Shown here one piece after another: positions 62,759 to 64,000 of a stretch of DNA of 64,000 nt (its first letter is position 1; each line of letters starts with the position of its first letter). Below the pieces are notes generated by a model. The model saw only the letters and a list, made by a program, of their open reading frames with translations, did not search any database and was not told the origin of the DNA. The translations under genes were made by a program, and so were the position numbers. Source of the stretch: Thermoleophilaceae bacterium (lineage in GTDB: Bacteria > Actinomycetota > Thermoleophilia > Solirubrobacterales > Thermoleophilaceae). The stretch is taken from contig DATBKS010000246.1 in the NCBI GenBank assembly GCA_036555755.1, positions 1,833-65,832 of the forward strand. Reading direction: 5' to 3'.

Positions 62759-64000
62759 ATGGAGCCCACCACCGCCACAGCCACCGCGACGGCGCCCGCT
62801 CTGCGCAACGACCCGATCACCTTCGAGGTCCTGCGCAACGCCTTCAAGGCGATCTGCAACGAGGCGAGCGCTCTGATCGAGCGCGTGTCGTATGCGCCGA
62901 CGATCACCGAGGGGCACGACTACTCGGTTTCGATCCTCACGCCTGACGGGCGGCTCGTCTCGCACGGCCAGCGCGACCAGGCGCCGCACATGGGGACGTT
63001 CGAGTCCTCCGTGCAGCACCTCGTTCGCGAGGTCAGCGAGTTCCGCCCGGGCGACGCCTACATCTTCAACGACCCGTACACGGGCGGCACGCATCAGAAC
63101 GACGTGAAGATCATCCGGCCGATCTTCTGGGAGGGCGAGGTGTTCGCGTTCGCGATCGCGCTCTGCCACTGGCCCGACGTCGGCGGGCCGATGCACGGCA
63201 CCTTCAACCCGCACGCCACCGAGTGCTACGCCGAGGGCCTGCGGATGCCGCCGCTCAAGCTGTACGAGAACGACAAGCCGGTCAAGCCCATCTGGGACCT
63301 GATCGACATGAACATCCGGGTCCCGCAGGAGCGCGTCGCCGAGCGCGTCGCGCAGTATCAGGCCGGGCGACTCGCCGAGCGGCGCCTGCACGAGTACATC
63401 GCCAAGTTCGGCGCGGACACGATCCGCGACGCGTTCGAGGACACGATGGACCACTCCGAGCGTCTGTTCCGCGACTGGGTCAGCCGAATCCCGGACGGCG
63501 AGTACGAGTTCACCGACTACGGCGACCGCGACGTCGGGCGCGAGGGCCAGCCGCCGATCAAGGTCCACCTGAAGATGACGATCGACGGCGACGCGGTGAC
63601 GATGGACTGGAGCGAGTGCGGGCCGGCGCCGATCGCGTCGTGGGGCTTCGCCCGCCCGGCGCTGCTGTCGGCGACGTTCGACGGGACGATGCACTGCTTC
63701 CCCGAGCTTGCGCCGCTCAACCACGGCGTCGTCCGCGCGATCAATGTCGTCTCCAAGCCGGGTACCTGCGTCGATGTCCAGGAGCCGACGCCGGTCACCG
63801 GCTACTGCTCCGGCGCGTATGAGAAGGTCGACGCGGTCGCGATGGCGTGCTGGGGCCAGGCGCTCCAGAACCTCGACCCGCGCCGCGTCCACGCCGCCAC
63901 CGTGAACCTGCAGAACTTCTGCACCGGCGGCGTGCACCCGAAGACCGGCCAGACGTTCGTCTCGTACATGTGGCTCGAGGGCGGCCAGGGCGCACGCGCC
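62759..64000 (+). CDS. Hydantoinase B/oxoprolinase family (HyuB-like); the C-terminus lies beyond the window edge
   Basis: Edge-truncated, so absent from the ORF track. The ATG lies 2 nt after the HyuA-like stop. It translates as MEPTTATATATAPALRNDPITFEVLRNAFKAICNEASALIERVSYAPTITEGHDYSVSILTPDGRLVSHG...IFNDPYTGGTHQNDV. Confidence 0.85.
   Translation, partial: MEPTTATATATAPALRNDPITFEVLRNAFKAICNEASALIERVSYAPTITEGHDYSVSILTPDGRLVSHGQRDQAPHMGTFESSVQHLVREVSEFRPGDAYIFNDPYTGGTHQNDVKIIRPIFWEGEVFAFAIALCHWPDVGGPMHGTFNPHATECYAEGLRMPPLKLYENDKPVKPIWDLIDMNIRVPQERVAERVAQYQAGRLAERRLHEYIAKFGADTIRDAFEDTMDHSERLFRDWVSRIPDGEYEFTDYGDRDVGREGQPPIKVHLKMTIDGDAVTMDWSECGPAPIASWGFARPALLSATFDGTMHCFPELAPLNHGVVRAINVVSKPGTCVDVQEPTPVTGYCSGAYEKVDAVAMACWGQALQNLDPRRVHAATVNLQNFCTGGVHPKTGQTFVSYMWLEGGQGARA

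Noticed and set aside
60579-63937. Long minus-strand ORFs (60579..62759 and 62558..63937) opposite hydantoinase A/B
   Set aside because: Shadow ORFs. The plus strand encodes the conserved VDIGGTFTD and DPYTGGTHQND hydantoinase/oxoprolinase signatures.

Overview
This is 64 kb of very high-GC (roughly 70% or more), GC3-skewed, extremely gene-dense bacterial chromosome. The composition, the frequent GTG/TTG starts, the chains of 4-nt start/stop overlaps and the leaderless-looking promoters suggest an actinobacterial-type lineage. That is inference only, since no marker gene is present. I call 51 protein-coding genes. Two are cut by the window edges and one is a 44-codon ORF, so these three are missing from the ORF track. 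I see no rRNA, tRNA, CRISPR, transposase, integrase or phage genes. The window is a catabolic island built around molybdenum hydroxylases. It has six full-length xanthine-dehydrogenase/CoxL-family large-subunit genes: A 15241-17601, B 22990-25290, C 25287-27578, D 27575-29965, E ~30014-32347 and F 32336-34693. Against these there are only two 2Fe-2S small subunits and one FAD medium subunit. Also present are two CoxG-like tail-anchored proteins, four amidohydrolases, two paralogous M20 peptidases, cupins, a cyclase, a nitrilase, an amidase, two DUF1989 proteins, two tandem amidinotransferase-fold paralogues, hydantoinase A/B and a BMP-type ABC importer. The overall theme looks like uptake and degradation of N-heterocyclic, ureido or guanidino compounds. 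The most noteworthy observations are these. (1) A cytochrome P450 is fused to a PPDK_N ATP-grasp domain, and the matching swivel-His domain sits on the next, overlapping gene. (2) Three translationally coupled large-subunit genes form an operon with no electron-transfer subunits, while an orphan FAD+FeS operon lies elsewhere; the two are linked by paralogous M20 genes. (3) A 22-nt AT-rich dyad element (21/22 identical) occurs in two divergent promoter regions, with degenerate copies elsewhere. (4) Large subunit E appears to lack a canonical start codon. (5) A DUF1989 enzyme is flanked by two ParD/ribbon-helix-helix-like segments. (6) An unannotated 44-codon ORF is coupled between an acyl-CoA ligase and an amidase. 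(7) A single-polypeptide GAF-kinase-receiver-LuxR protein has an altered H-box and receiver pocket. (8) All six convergent gene pairs overlap at their stop codons. Hand-derived coordinates may be off by a few nt. Around 50200-50280 my reading of the sequence and the ORF track disagreed by 1 nt, and there I used the track.
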